A DNA stretch of 51,796 nucleotides from a virus, in IMG/VR virus record IMGVR_UViG_3300036945_001058; one strand, 5' to 3'. Within the stretch, counting starts at the first letter, position 1. Every line of letters begins with the position of its first letter. The notes beneath the pieces were generated by a model. It had not been told where the DNA came from, did no database searches, and was given only the letters and a program-made list of their open reading frames with translations. The position numbers were made by a program, and so were the translations under genes. This document shows, one piece after another, positions 1 to 9,227 of the stretch.

Positions 1-89
1 ATCGATGCGGTAGACGCTCTTTATGCGACTAAATTCGCAAATGCTATGTACCCGATGGCAGTCAAAATTAATATTAAAAAGGTTAAAGT

Positions 90-824
90 ATGAGAAATAT
101 ATGGGTAATCCCAACAGATAAACCAAGTAAAATAGCTTATTATCAAGAATCAACTTCTCATAATAAACCAGTTTTACAATTGATTAGTCATACAGGTTCA
201 GATTACAAGTATCAACACATCTACATCACTTCTGGTGAAGAAATTAAAGAAGGGGATTGGTGTTTAGGTATAGATAGTGAAGGTGCTAAATATTTAGTCA
301 AAATGGATTCCACAACAGATGTTAAATATCATACACAAATATTTAAAATCATCCTAACCGACGACCCCCAATTAAAAATCCAACTAATTGACGATGAATT
401 TTTAGCGGAGTTTGGGAAGCCGAAGCCAATTATACAATGCCAACTTAAATTAAACCAAATGTCAGAAAGTACAAAACCAACATTAAATTTAGCCAAAAAC
501 AGCAATAATTCAAAACCACTGTTAGGCGAGGTTTTTATTCGGGTTTTCTGTGGTGTTTCCATTGAAGATAAGTGTAGGTATCAGTTTCACCCATTAAATG
601 AAGTAATACAAGCACAAAAATCATTATCACTAAATAAATCAATGGACTTTTATTCAAACAGCCCAGACTTTGTTTTTGCTATAAAATGTTTGTGTCAAGA
701 AAAGAATATAAACTGTGAGTTTTTCTTGAACGGAGAAAGTACAGGAAATGATATAGACCCAATATTTGAGAATTTTAATAAGTCTTTTGATTTGTTAAAC
801 GAGTTGTGTCCAAATATCGTCTAA
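90..824 (+). CDS. Fusion ORF: truncated phage protein (MRNIWVIPTDKPS...) read in frame through a partial cassette site into a cassette gene starting near ATG 459
   Basis: Site right arm ...CAAAACCACT-GTTAGGCGAGGTTT (core 521-534) lies mid-ORF; a decayed partner AAATATCGTCTAAA lies at 812-825. Confidence 0.6.
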   Translation: MRNIWVIPTDKPSKIAYYQESTSHNKPVLQLISHTGSDYKYQHIYITSGEEIKEGDWCLGIDSEGAKYLVKMDSTTDVKYHTQIFKIILTDDPQLKIQLIDDEFLAEFGKPKPIIQCQLKLNQMSESTKPTLNLAKNSNNSKPLLGEVFIRVFCGVSIEDKCRYQFHPLNEVIQAQKSLSLNKSMDFYSNSPDFVFAIKCLCQEKNINCEFFLNGESTGNDIDPIFENFNKSFDLLNELCPNIV

Positions 825-942
825 AGCATCAGGGCTTTACGTAAGAAATGATGTTTTTTTTACACGTATATTCGTTTTATAAAAAAAACATTAATTATAT
901 TTAAAATTAAATAAAACAAAAAAAAAATTAAACTAAAATAAA

Positions 943-1431
943 ATGGTAAAAATAAAAAAAATACCAACTGATTTATTTACAAGTATTGAAGATGCTAATA
1001 ATTGGATAGCTACAAATAACAGAGTTGGTTGTATTTGTCCTTGTTGCGGTAGATTAGTAAAGACCTATAAGAGAAAACTAAATTCTAGTATGAGCCAAGA
1101 ACTTATTACGTTGTATTTACTTTCCGTTAACGATTCTAAAACTAAATATTACCACCACACTCATTTTGCTAAAGTTAGTAGTGGAGAATTGTCTAAATTA
1201 AAGCATTGGGGATTAGTTTGTGAAAAAAACAATAACAGTCAAAGCAAGAAAACTTCAGGTTTTTGGGGTATTACTGAAAAAGGAATTTTATTTGTTCAAA
1301 ACAAAATTACAGTAGAAAAATATATTTACATACTTGATGCAAAATTAATATCATCGAGTAAAGAAACGATAACAATTACACAATCTCTTGGCAATAAATT
1401 TAACTACAATGAATTATTAAAAAACAATTAA
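943..1431 (+). CDS. Hypothetical phage protein, CPCC zinc motif plus winged-helix-like region
   Basis: CICPCCG; LKHWGLV...SGFWGITEKG. Confidence 0.55.
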   Translation: MVKIKKIPTDLFTSIEDANNWIATNNRVGCICPCCGRLVKTYKRKLNSSMSQELITLYLLSVNDSKTKYYHHTHFAKVSSGELSKLKHWGLVCEKNNNSQSKKTSGFWGITEKGILFVQNKITVEKYIYILDAKLISSSKETITITQSLGNKFNYNELLKNN

Positions 1432-1579
1432 AAAAATATTTTTATAAAAACTATTTGTTAAACCAAAACATTTTTGTACTATTGTACCAATAAATTAAAC
1501 AACAAAAAAAATGGAAAACAAAATTTTAGAAAATTGGTCGGAAATTAAAAATATTGATAATTAACTTTTAACAAAAAAA

Positions 1580-2074
1580 ATGATTAAATCTAAGAAAATT
1601 TTATATATAGATATGGACGGAGTTGTTGCTGATTTTTGGAAAGCAATTCAAATGAATCAACCCAAAATAGACGACAAAAAACACTTTCCGAGCTATGCTG
1701 ACCAAGAAAAAGAAGTCGATGCTATTTGCGAAAGAAACCCACATATTTTTAAATACCTGTTGCCTATTAAAGACGCTATAGAGTCTACAAAGCCTTTGTT
1801 TAAAAAGTTTGACGTGTACTTCTTATCAACACCTATGTGGGACATACCACAATCATATACTGATAAAAGACTATGGCTTGATAAACACTATGGGGATTTA
1901 GCTAAGAAGCGTTTAATATTAACAAATAGAAAAGATTTAGCTATTGGTGATTATCTAATCGATGATAGACTAAAAAACGGCTCTGAAAAATTTAAAGGTA
2001 CATTTATCCATTTTGGAACAAAAAAGTTCCCTGATTGGAAAACAGTAATTACTTTTTTAAACACTCAAAAATAA
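1580..2074 (+). CDS. 5'(3')-deoxyribonucleotidase (NT5C, HAD family)
   Basis: YIDMDGVVADF, FLSTP, KRLWLDKH, GDYLIDD motifs. Confidence 0.9.
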   Translation: MIKSKKILYIDMDGVVADFWKAIQMNQPKIDDKKHFPSYADQEKEVDAICERNPHIFKYLLPIKDAIESTKPLFKKFDVYFLSTPMWDIPQSYTDKRLWLDKHYGDLAKKRLILTNRKDLAIGDYLIDDRLKNGSEKFKGTFIHFGTKKFPDWKTVITFLNTQK

Positions 2075-2203
2075 TAGATGTTCTAAAATAAAAAAAGAAA
2101 TAGAAGGGTTTAAAATGCGCAAAAAAATAGACTACGAAACTATGAAAAGATTTTATCCGTCATTAGGAAAATTTTATTTTATCCAAATTAAAAAATAATT
2201 ACA

Positions 2204-2524
2204 ATGCCTAGAAAATCAGATATTATTGCAATAAATAACGAAAAATTAGACCGAAGAGTGAAACTTACCGCCGAAGACAAAGAACTTGTAATTTGGCTTC
2301 GAGAAGAAGAACAGATAACCTATCAAAAAATAGCTGATAGATTTGGCGTTTCAAAAAGACTTATAATCTTTGTCTGTAAGCCTGAAACAAAAGCAAGAGA
2401 ACTTGAAAAGAGAGCATTGCGTGGCGGTTCTAAACTTTATTATAACAAGGAATATAATAGGGTTGCAATGAAACAGCATAGAGATTATAAGAAAAAGCTG
2501 TTTTCTGAAGGATTGATAAAATAA
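2204..2524 (+). CDS. Helix-turn-helix DNA-binding protein
   Basis: KLTAED...TYQKIADRFGVSKRLI. Confidence 0.7.
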   Translation: MPRKSDIIAINNEKLDRRVKLTAEDKELVIWLREEEQITYQKIADRFGVSKRLIIFVCKPETKARELEKRALRGGSKLYYNKEYNRVAMKQHRDYKKKLFSEGLIK

Positions 2525-2551
2525 TTAGTACCAAAAAAGTTAAAAACCTTT

Positions 2552-2585
2552 TTTGGTGTAGAACCAAAAAACTTTCTTATCTTTG
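2552..2585 (+). promoter_or_regulatory. Bacteroidota primary-sigma promoter
   Basis: TTTG (2552-2555) ... TATCTTTG (2578-2585), matching -33/-7 TAnnTTTG consensus. Confidence 0.7.
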
Positions 2586-2746
2586 CTATAAGATAACACA
2601 CCAACAATTTTAAAACAAAGTAAAATGAATAATATAAAGCAATTTTTCAAAAATAATTTAGACAATAAAATGGCTTATGTTTCATCCGATGGCTTATTCC
2701 TTTAAGGAATAATAGAGTAAAAACACTATTAATAGTATCTTATCTT

Positions 2747-3244
2747 ATGGCAAAAGTAATCACATATTCACGCACATTTCCATCCTATCATCCAAAGGTT
2801 GGGCAACCTACTTATTTTGTTGAAGCTATATATAAAAATTTAGGTTTTAAATGGAAAGATATTCCTAATGTATTAATAGAACAGTATGTTTTGGCAGAAG
2901 GATTTAGCAAAGGTCACACCATCCGTTCTGGAAAACGTTTCAAAAAAGGCGACTTCTTTAGTCCGAGAGTTTGGAGCGGAAAGCCTTACCAATCTAAACA
3001 AATAATTTTATCAAAAGATATTGAAATAGCAAATGTTTGGGATATTATAATTTTAGTTCAAGACTTCGGAAAATTAGGTTTACAAGCCGTTATCACAATT
3101 GATGGTAAAGATTTTCAGAACATAGAATTATTGGCTAAAAATGATGGTTTGAGTATTGCTGACTTTTTGCACTGGTTTAAAACTGAAAAAGGAGAAGTTT
3201 TTGTTGGTCAAATTATATGTTGGGACGATTCGGTTTCTTATTAA
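2747..3244 (+). CDS. ASCH/PUA-like domain phage protein
   Basis: KGHTIRSGKRFKKGD...LAKNDGLS pattern. Confidence 0.5.
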   Translation: MAKVITYSRTFPSYHPKVGQPTYFVEAIYKNLGFKWKDIPNVLIEQYVLAEGFSKGHTIRSGKRFKKGDFFSPRVWSGKPYQSKQIILSKDIEIANVWDIIILVQDFGKLGLQAVITIDGKDFQNIELLAKNDGLSIADFLHWFKTEKGEVFVGQIICWDDSVSY

Positions 3245-3488
3245 ATGAGATACAACAGACGAGTGCTTGATGAAGAAGCAGTGAAAAAATTCGGAAACGT
3301 AATTTTTACTTTACTGATGAATTTCTTGAGAAAGAAATGATATTTCCGCTAATGTTAAAAATAACCGCAGTTTATCTATGCGGTTATTTGATTCGGAAAA
3401 TTACGGAAGAAAACGAGTTGAGAAGATTGATGTACTTTTTTTAAATTCCCTATAACGTTAAATTTGGTTATAACGTTTGTTATTCGAT
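3245..3488 (+). repeat. Stacked decayed cassette-site remnants
   Basis: TACAAC-AGACG-AGTGCTTG half-site, short-type site remnant 3343-3407, two adjacent ...TATAACGTT ends (3451-3459, 3469-3477), then core GTTATTCGAT at 3479. Confidence 0.6.
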
Positions 3489-3522
3489 GCCTTTTTATTT
3501 ATAAACTTAAAAATAAAATAAT

Positions 3523-4284
3523 ATGATAAAAGATTTAATTTCAAAATATGGAAAAGAGAAAATAAATACTCTCACAAAATATCCATCAATCCTAACATTA
3601 CATAGATTAGGAGAAAAAGGACGTTTAAAAAATGAATTTACAACGCCTATTCAGAATGAAAAAATGTATGCGACAGAAAAAATAGACGGAACAAATGTAA
3701 GAATAATTTGCTATGGTTCTGAATATTTAATTGGAGCAAGGGAGTTTATCCTACATCATTCTGACGATTTATATTTTGATAATGCTCAAGATATTGTGAC
3801 AGGATTAAAATCTATAAATATAGATATTCCAAAAACCGAAAAACTAACAGTTATTTATGGCGAATTTTATGGAGGAAAAACTTCTGCAAACTCAAAATGG
3901 TACGGTAAAGAAAAAAATGGATTTAGAGTATTTGATATTGTTGTTTATGAAAATTTATCAATTCTTGAAAAAGATTTATCTGAAATTTCAAAATGGAGAG
4001 AAACAGAGACAGAAGATGGTATTAAATATGGTCAAAAATTTATATCTCGTTTGGAAATGAAAACCAAATTCCCAAAATTTGAATTCGTTCCATTAATTGA
4101 ATTTGATTTAGGAAATATGTCTCATAAAACCATACTGGATAATCTAAATAAATTTATTCCAAAAACAACCGTTTCTCTAACAGAAACAGCATTAAATAAA
4201 GCAGAAGGTTTGGTTTTGCGAAATGATAATAGGTCAAAAATTGTAAAAATTAGATTTGAAGACTACGAACGTTCTCTTCGGTAA
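3523..4284 (+). CDS. RNA ligase, Rnl2-like nucleotidyltransferase (cassette cargo)
   Basis: Motif I EKIDGTN, YGEFYG, FDI, EGLVLR, KIVKIR; flanked by GTTATTCGAT (3479) / ATCGCATAAC (4288). Confidence 0.85.
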   Translation: MIKDLISKYGKEKINTLTKYPSILTLHRLGEKGRLKNEFTTPIQNEKMYATEKIDGTNVRIICYGSEYLIGAREFILHHSDDLYFDNAQDIVTGLKSINIDIPKTEKLTVIYGEFYGGKTSANSKWYGKEKNGFRVFDIVVYENLSILEKDLSEISKWRETETEDGIKYGQKFISRLEMKTKFPKFEFVPLIEFDLGNMSHKTILDNLNKFIPKTTVSLTETALNKAEGLVLRNDNRSKIVKIRFEDYERSLR

Positions 4285-4374
4285 TATATCGCATAACGGT
4301 TTCTTTGGAACATCGACTATGAAGGTTCAAAGATTATCGAATGGTGTCCGATAGCACGGTTTTAGCATGACCGA

Positions 4375-4448
4375 TAACGTCCTGCAACTATAGGAAGCAC
4401 GAATGTTCAATTTAGCACTAAACCCGCTTTTTTGCCAAACGTGTGTTA
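4375..4448 (+). repeat. Hybrid (internally deleted) cassette site
   Basis: TAAC-GTCCT-GCAACTATAGG left arm joined to a non-matching right arm CCCGCTTTTTTGCCAAACGTGT-GTTA. Confidence 0.7.
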
Positions 4449-4484
4449 GCAGAAGTGTTTTTGTCAAACTTAATAATAATCAAA

Positions 4485-4700
4485 ATGGAACAAACATTTG
4501 TATTTGTCTATGCTAAAGACGGTAAAATTAAAGCACTAAATATTGAAGAAGCAAAAAGACTTCAAGGCGAACTTGTAAAGGATGGATGGGTACACACTAA
4601 AACATTAGATGCTTGTGTTTATATTCAATATTTACACAACAATTATGAAGATGTTGATTTGATAGACGAAATGAAGTCTTTAACGAAACGTCCGTCTTAA
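4485..4700 (+). CDS. Hypothetical protein (cassette cargo)
   Basis: ATG after A-rich leader; cassette ends GTTAGCAGAAGTG (4445) / CATTTCTGCTAAC (4701). Confidence 0.65.
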   Translation: MEQTFVFVYAKDGKIKALNIEEAKRLQGELVKDGWVHTKTLDACVYIQYLHNNYEDVDLIDEMKSLTKRPS

Positions 4701-4709
4701 CATTTCTGC

Positions 4710-4839
4710 TAACGTCCTGCAACTATACGATGTTGCGTAAAAACACAAAACCATCTTTTTCAGCTTAACACGGAATTGAAAAGCACAAACGAAAGTTTAA
4801 ATTAATAACTAATCTAGCAATAACGTGTAATTGCTGTTA
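4710..4839 (+). repeat. Long-type cassette hairpin site
   Basis: TAAC-GTCCT-GCAACTATACGATGTTGC ... GCAATAACGTGTAATTGC-T-GTTA. Confidence 0.85.
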
Positions 4840-5064
4840 TAAGTAGTACGGATTATGAAAATTACAAAGAAATTTTTAGAAAAACAAAAAAAACAATATT
4901 TTGATGTTTAAATTAGCGTCAATACAAGGTAAAATACCAAAAGAAATTCAAGCTAATTTGCCTAAAGAATTAATTACAAATAGGTTGTAGTAACTTATGA
5001 AGATGAAAAACAAACAACAATTTTTAATCCAAATTATGTTGAGTACTCCAACTAAGATGAGTGC

Positions 5065-5135
5065 TAACGTTAAAAATAAACGCAGTTTGCCTATGTGGTT
5101 ACAAGATTTCGGCAACTATTTTGTATTGATTGTTA
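5065..5135 (+). repeat. Short-type (71 bp) cassette hairpin site
   Basis: TAAC-GTTAAA-AATAAACGCAGTTTGCC-TATG...GATTTC-GGCAAC...TATT-GATT-GTTA. Confidence 0.75.
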
Positions 5136-5233
5136 GCGTTAGTTACGGCTTATGAAAATAATTTATTTTTTATTTGTTTACTACGTTTTTTATACGTTAC
5201 TTTGCTGTATAAATAATTTAAAAATCATTAATT

Positions 5234-5476
5234 ATGTCAACTCTAAAACAAAGATTACAAGAAAAATATTTACTTAAATTAGATTCAGAATCCAGTAACA
5301 CTACTGATTTTATAAATGATGTTTTGACTTCAAAAAAATACTCAACGGAATTAACTCCCTTTGAAAATAAATTTATTTCTATTTTTTTTGGAAAAGGCTC
5401 TGAAGTTTGTTGCTACGAGTTGTTTTATAATGCTAACGAAATGTTAATTAAAAGGATTAATAAATCAAATATCTAA
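5234..5476 (+). CDS. Hypothetical protein (cassette cargo)
   Basis: ORF inside cassette 5132-5632. Confidence 0.6.
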   Translation: MSTLKQRLQEKYLLKLDSESSNTTDFINDVLTSKKYSTELTPFENKFISIFFGKGSEVCCYELFYNANEMLIKRINKSNI

Positions 5477-5478
5477 TT

Positions 5479-5625
5479 ATGGTAAGAATAGAAATGCAAT
5501 TAACGGAAGAAGAAGTTGCGATTATAGAACAAATTGCAAAAGAAGAAAGTCGTTCACGTAAAAAGCAATGTGAGGCTTATATTAGGAAGATGATAGCTGA
5601 ATTTAAGAAGAACCGTAGTAATTAA
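5479..5625 (+). CDS. Small ribbon-helix-helix (CopG/Arc-like) protein, 48 aa, not in the ORF track
   Basis: MVRIEMQLTEEEVAIIEQIAKEESRSRKKQCEAYIRKMIAEF: beta strand-helix-RS-helix pattern. Confidence 0.65.
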   Translation: MVRIEMQLTEEEVAIIEQIAKEESRSRKKQCEAYIRKMIAEFKKNRSN

Positions 5626-5628
5626 TAC

Positions 5629-5745
5629 TAACGTCATGCAACTTGGCGACTTAAAACAGAAATGTTAAATTGAAAAACTAAATTTGATAATATGGAAAAT
5701 GTTCATTTGAAAAACGCCCAACCCACTTGCGACAATACTTTGTTA
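5629..5745 (+). repeat. Hybrid cassette site containing the start of the next gene
   Basis: TAAC-GTCAT-GCAACTTGGCG left arm; right arm ...GACAATACTTT-GTTATGCCCC; ATG 5692 in the loop. Confidence 0.7.
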
Positions 5746-6078
5746 TGCCCCGTTTTGGGTCAAACTTACAATTACTTTGATGATGGTAAGATTAAACCAA
5801 GTCGTAGGATGGAAGTTGTAATTACAGAAATTATACCTTTTGCCGAAATAGATTTGGAAACTTTAAATGATTGGAAAGAAGAAGTTGAAGAATGTCATTG
5901 GCTTTATGCTAAAGAAACTGACTTATTTGTAAAGGGCGATTTAAAGTTTTCTGATGATAAAATTGAAAAGATAATTTTTGTAAGAACTATCAATAATAAT
6001 TATGGTTGGTTTAGTCTTGGATGGTGGGGCGGTAGATTGGATATTGACGGCTCGTTAAACGCTCTGTTAAATGATTAG
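5692..6078 (+). CDS. Hypothetical protein (cassette cargo; N-terminus encoded by the site)
   Basis: Reads through GTTA core as LLCPV; decayed partner GGGGCTTTAC at 6078. Confidence 0.7.
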   Translation: MENVHLKNAQPTCDNTLLCPVLGQTYNYFDDGKIKPSRRMEVVITEIIPFAEIDLETLNDWKEEVEECHWLYAKETDLFVKGDLKFSDDKIEKIIFVRTINNNYGWFSLGWWGGRLDIDGSLNALLND

Positions 6079-6138
6079 GGGCTTTACAAATACTTTGGAT
6101 TGCTGGACAAGAAAAAACAGGTGTAATACTTTATTGAT

Positions 6139-6504
6139 ATGCGATTAGACTCAACAAAAAAGGATAAAGATAAAGTAGAAATTACTAAACAACAGCAAGC
6201 TGAAATACAAATGGTATTTGACAGTAGAATTATTCCTCACGGGAATCATACTTTATTTGAATTTAATTTAAAGAAAAAAACAATCGAAAAAGCAGAATTT
6301 AAACCGCCAAAAACAACAATACATTGGTTTGAAGCGTTAGAAAAATATCATAAAAAAGTAATTAAAAAAGTGAATATTTTTAATGCAAATACAGTAACAA
6401 AAGCAGAAGTAATCAAAAAAGAAAATTGTATTTATATTTCATCATTGAACAAAGAAAATGTGATTAAAATCCTTGAACGTGATTTTGGAATTACTTGCTT
6501 ATAA
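6139..6504 (+). CDS. Hypothetical protein (cassette cargo)
   Basis: Stop codon TAA is part of the TAAC core at 6502. Confidence 0.7.
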   Translation: MRLDSTKKDKDKVEITKQQQAEIQMVFDSRIIPHGNHTLFEFNLKKKTIEKAEFKPPKTTIHWFEALEKYHKKVIKKVNIFNANTVTKAEVIKKENCIYISSLNKENVIKILERDFGITCL

Positions 6505-6620
6505 CGTTCCGTTGCTTGGCAATGTTGCCGATAACGTAAAAGTGAATTGAAAACTAAATGTAATATTACTAGCGTATTTTCCGCTGAAAAATAAACCGCA
6601 ATAGTGCCAAACAACTGTTA
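6502..6620 (+). repeat. Long-type cassette hairpin site
   Basis: GTTGCTTGGCAATGTTGC pairs with GCAATAGTGCCAAACAAC (15/18). Confidence 0.85.
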
Positions 6621-6646
6621 TAAGGCTGTTTTTAACACAAACAAAA

Positions 6647-7009
6647 ATGAGTATAGAAATAAAATTTAGAGGATTTTCGGAAGAATTAAAATGCTTTGTT
6701 TATGGATTCTACCAAGAAGTAGAAGCCGAAGGAGTAGGTTATAGTTATATCTTTTGGCAAGGACACACAACGCCTGTTCGTGCAGATTCTGTATCGCAAT
6801 TTACAGGGTTATTTGACAAAAATTTAAAAGAAATTTATCAAAGAGATGGGATTAAAACAAAATGGTCAAAACATTCGGAAATAGATTTCTATGTAAAATT
6901 AATTGATGGAACATTGAATTTAGTTGACGACTATGAAAATCCGTCAGAATTTCATCATTTATATAATAATGTTGATTATGATTATGAGGTTTCTCAAGCT
7001 GTCATATAA
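6647..7009 (+). CDS. YopX-family phage protein (cassette cargo)
   Basis: IKFRG...QFTGLFDKNLKEIY. Confidence 0.85.
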   Translation: MSIEIKFRGFSEELKCFVYGFYQEVEAEGVGYSYIFWQGHTTPVRADSVSQFTGLFDKNLKEIYQRDGIKTKWSKHSEIDFYVKLIDGTLNLVDDYENPSEFHHLYNNVDYDYEVSQAVI

Positions 7010-7099
7010 AGGCATCTGCTTTGCGAAGTGGCAGTTTTAGTACACCAAAGCGGTTCGGGCTTCTCCGCTTTTAGAAGTCCAAAGTTTAATAACAAGAAA

Positions 7100-7372
7100 A
7101 TGAAATTAGCAAAAGTTGACACATTAGATGTAGAAGAATTGGCTTGCCACATCACAGGATTAGATTATGACGAAATAGATGCAGACACAGCTACGATTGA
7201 AGAAAAACTTTATGAGGAGTTTGGGTGCGATTTGGTTCAGTTTACATCAATTATTCAAAGGTTACTTCCAATGATTGATGTTGGAGCAAGTCCATTAACT
7301 AAAAAGCAGTATAAAGGATTTTCCGACACTGAAAAAGGTATGTGGTTTGTCAAAATGCAGGTTGGGTCTTAG
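7100..7372 (+). CDS. Hypothetical acidic protein (cassette cargo)
   Basis: ATG after A-rich leader; ends AGCGGTTCGGGCT (7049, core deleted) / AGCCTGACCACTAAC (7371). Confidence 0.65.
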   Translation: MKLAKVDTLDVEELACHITGLDYDEIDADTATIEEKLYEEFGCDLVQFTSIIQRLLPMIDVGASPLTKKQYKGFSDTEKGMWFVKMQVGS

Positions 7373-7381
7373 CCTGACCAC

Positions 7382-7508
7382 TAACGAGTTGCAACTTGTC
7401 GATGTGGCGGATTAAGGATGCCAAATTATCGGTTTATAACTGATTTTCCAAGTACAAGACAATTTTTAAATTAATAACCAAAACCGAAATATTGCCAAAT
7501 TGCTGTTA
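7382..7508 (+). repeat. Long-type cassette hairpin site
   Basis: TAAC-GAGTT-GCAACTTGTCGATGT ... ATATTGCCAAATTGC-T-GTTA. Confidence 0.85.
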
Positions 7509-7535
7509 TGCAACGGTTTTTAAACATTGCGAATT

Positions 7536-7919
7536 ATGGAAAATAAAAGAGTAGATTTTACTACCGCTAAATTAGCAAAAGAAAAAGGATTTGATTTTTA
7601 CGATACTGGAGGATATTACCATATAAACGAAGGCTATTCTTCTGGTTATGCGTTTTGTTATTCAGATGTAAACGAACAAACAGAAAATTGTTTATTATGC
7701 CCAGACCAATCGTTATTACAAAAATGGTTAAGAGAAAAACATCAATTGTTTATTTGTGTAAAACCTAAAATTACAGGAACTATTGATGAACCAATAGTTG
7801 AATTCACATACAATGGTAATGATGGGGAATGGAATAGCAACTATTATTCAACTTACGAACAAGCTCTTGAAATTGCTTTAGTTGAATATTTGCAGAGAGT
7901 TTCTGAAACTGTTGCATAA
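7536..7919 (+). CDS. Conserved-looking Bacteroidota phage protein (cassette cargo)
   Basis: VDFTTAKLAKEKGF...PDQSLLQKWLREKH...TYEQALE; ends GTTATGCAACGGTTT / AAACTGTTGCATAAC (14/15). Confidence 0.75.
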   Translation: MENKRVDFTTAKLAKEKGFDFYDTGGYYHINEGYSSGYAFCYSDVNEQTENCLLCPDQSLLQKWLREKHQLFICVKPKITGTIDEPIVEFTYNGNDGEWNSNYYSTYEQALEIALVEYLQRVSETVA

Positions 7920-8045
7920 CGTTTTAGGTCTTGGCGAAGAAGCGGATAAATACGCCAAAAACTTCGATTAAACGCCCAAATTAACAAATAAAAAACAAAC
8001 TTTAAATTAATAACCGAACCCGATTTTTTGCCAAACAATTTTTAT
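7917..8045 (+). repeat. Long-type cassette site with mutated right core
   Basis: GGTCTTGGCGAAGAAGCGG ... CCGATTTTTTGCCAAAC, GTTA replaced by TTTA. Confidence 0.7.
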
Positions 8046-8078
8046 GATTAGTGCGGTTCGTAAAAATTAAAAATAATT

Positions 8079-8267
8079 ATGGAAAATGTTAAAGACAATA
8101 ACCAAACAATAGAAGAAAAATACAAAAGACTTTATGAATTTACAAAGTCAATTCTCTTAGCACACAATCGTCCACAAGATTATGAAAATAATTATGAAGT
8201 TATGTTGGCGGAATTAACTATTAAATCTTTTGAAGTAGAATCTCGCACAACGTTACCACGCTTGTAG
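8079..8267 (+). CDS. Hypothetical protein, possibly truncated cassette cargo
   Basis: Followed directly by only the right part of a short-type site (8270-8320). Confidence 0.5.
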   Translation: MENVKDNNQTIEEKYKRLYEFTKSILLAHNRPQDYENNYEVMLAELTIKSFEVESRTTLPRL

Positions 8268-8353
8268 ATGGTGGCGTATGCGGTTTAGTAGATTCGGCAA
8301 ATTGCGGTTATTGATTGTTAGCCGTTCGTTCTTTTTCCACTAAAAATTATAAA

Positions 8354-8806
8354 ATGAAACAGATAAAAGCAATATCAAAATTAGTTTTTGATAAACACTT
8401 TACAGACAAAGAGTTTAAATATTACGATTACGCTTGTTTTATTTCAATACTCGACATTGATAATAATGAGCAAAAGTTTGATAAAACATTAGACAATTTT
8501 CTACAAGTAAAAATGTGGGATATTGAAGAAGATTTATTTGAAAATGGCGAACTGAAATATGAAAAGCCAAATGATAACGAGTTAAAAAACATAGTTGATT
8601 TCATCAATAAACATAAAGATAAGTCAGTTTTTATGATTCATTGTTCTGCTGGTATTTCTCGAAGTGGTGCAGTTGCCACTTTCTTATATGATAAGTTTTT
8701 GTCAGAAATTGACAAAGAACAATTCAGAAGAGAAAATAAATATATAAGACCAAATCTTTATATTTTAAACAGATTAAAGTCTTTAGACACGGTTGTCGTA
8801 GAATGA
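8354..8806 (+). CDS. Protein tyrosine/dual-specificity phosphatase (cassette cargo)
   Basis: HCSAGISRS (HCX5R) P-loop; ends GTTAGCCGTTCGTTC (8317) / GAATGACGGCTAAC (8801). Confidence 0.9.
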   Translation: MKQIKAISKLVFDKHFTDKEFKYYDYACFISILDIDNNEQKFDKTLDNFLQVKMWDIEEDLFENGELKYEKPNDNELKNIVDFINKHKDKSVFMIHCSAGISRSGAVATFLYDKFLSEIDKEQFRRENKYIRPNLYILNRLKSLDTVVVE

Positions 8807-8810
8807 CGGC

Positions 8811-8939
8811 TAACGGACGGCGTGTATGGGAGGTTGCGCCGATTAAACCCGATACCCCCAAAATATTACTAATCTTTAAATTAAAAAACTATGTCGAAAG
8901 ATACAGACCAATCAAAGCAATCTCTTATACACGATGTTA
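8811..8939 (+). repeat. Long-type cassette hairpin site
   Basis: CGTGTATGGGAGGTTGC pairs with GCAATCTCTTATACACG (14/17, rest G.T). Confidence 0.9.
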
Positions 8940-9091
8940 TGCGTCGTTTTTTTAAGGTAGTATTTTATATTTTACTAATTATTTTATCAGTGGATTTTGG
9001 TAAATTTTTAGGATATGTAACATTCAAATTTATAATGTGGTTAGGCGTTTTGCCTTATTTAGAAAAATTCTTTGGATGGTTCGTTTGGTAA
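8891..9091 (+). CDS. Small membrane protein (cassette cargo)
   Basis: Hydrophobic segments; ends GTTATGCGTCGTTTT / AAAATGACGCATAAC (14/15). Confidence 0.65.
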   Translation: MSKDTDQSKQSLIHDVMRRFFKVVFYILLIILSVDFGKFLGYVTFKFIMWLGVLPYLEKFFGWFVW

Positions 9092-9100
9092 AATGACGCA

Positions 9101-9227
9101 TAACGTTCCAGCGATTGTGTTGGTTGGGAGTAGTAAGAAACCAGCACCTAATTTAAAAAAAATCTTAACAAATACAAAACTATGAAAAATTCAAAAAACA
9201 ATACCCAATCATCACAATCGTGTGTTA
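9101..9227 (+). repeat. Long-type cassette hairpin site
   Basis: CGATTGTGTTGGTTGGG pairs with CCCAATCATCACAATCG. Confidence 0.9.
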
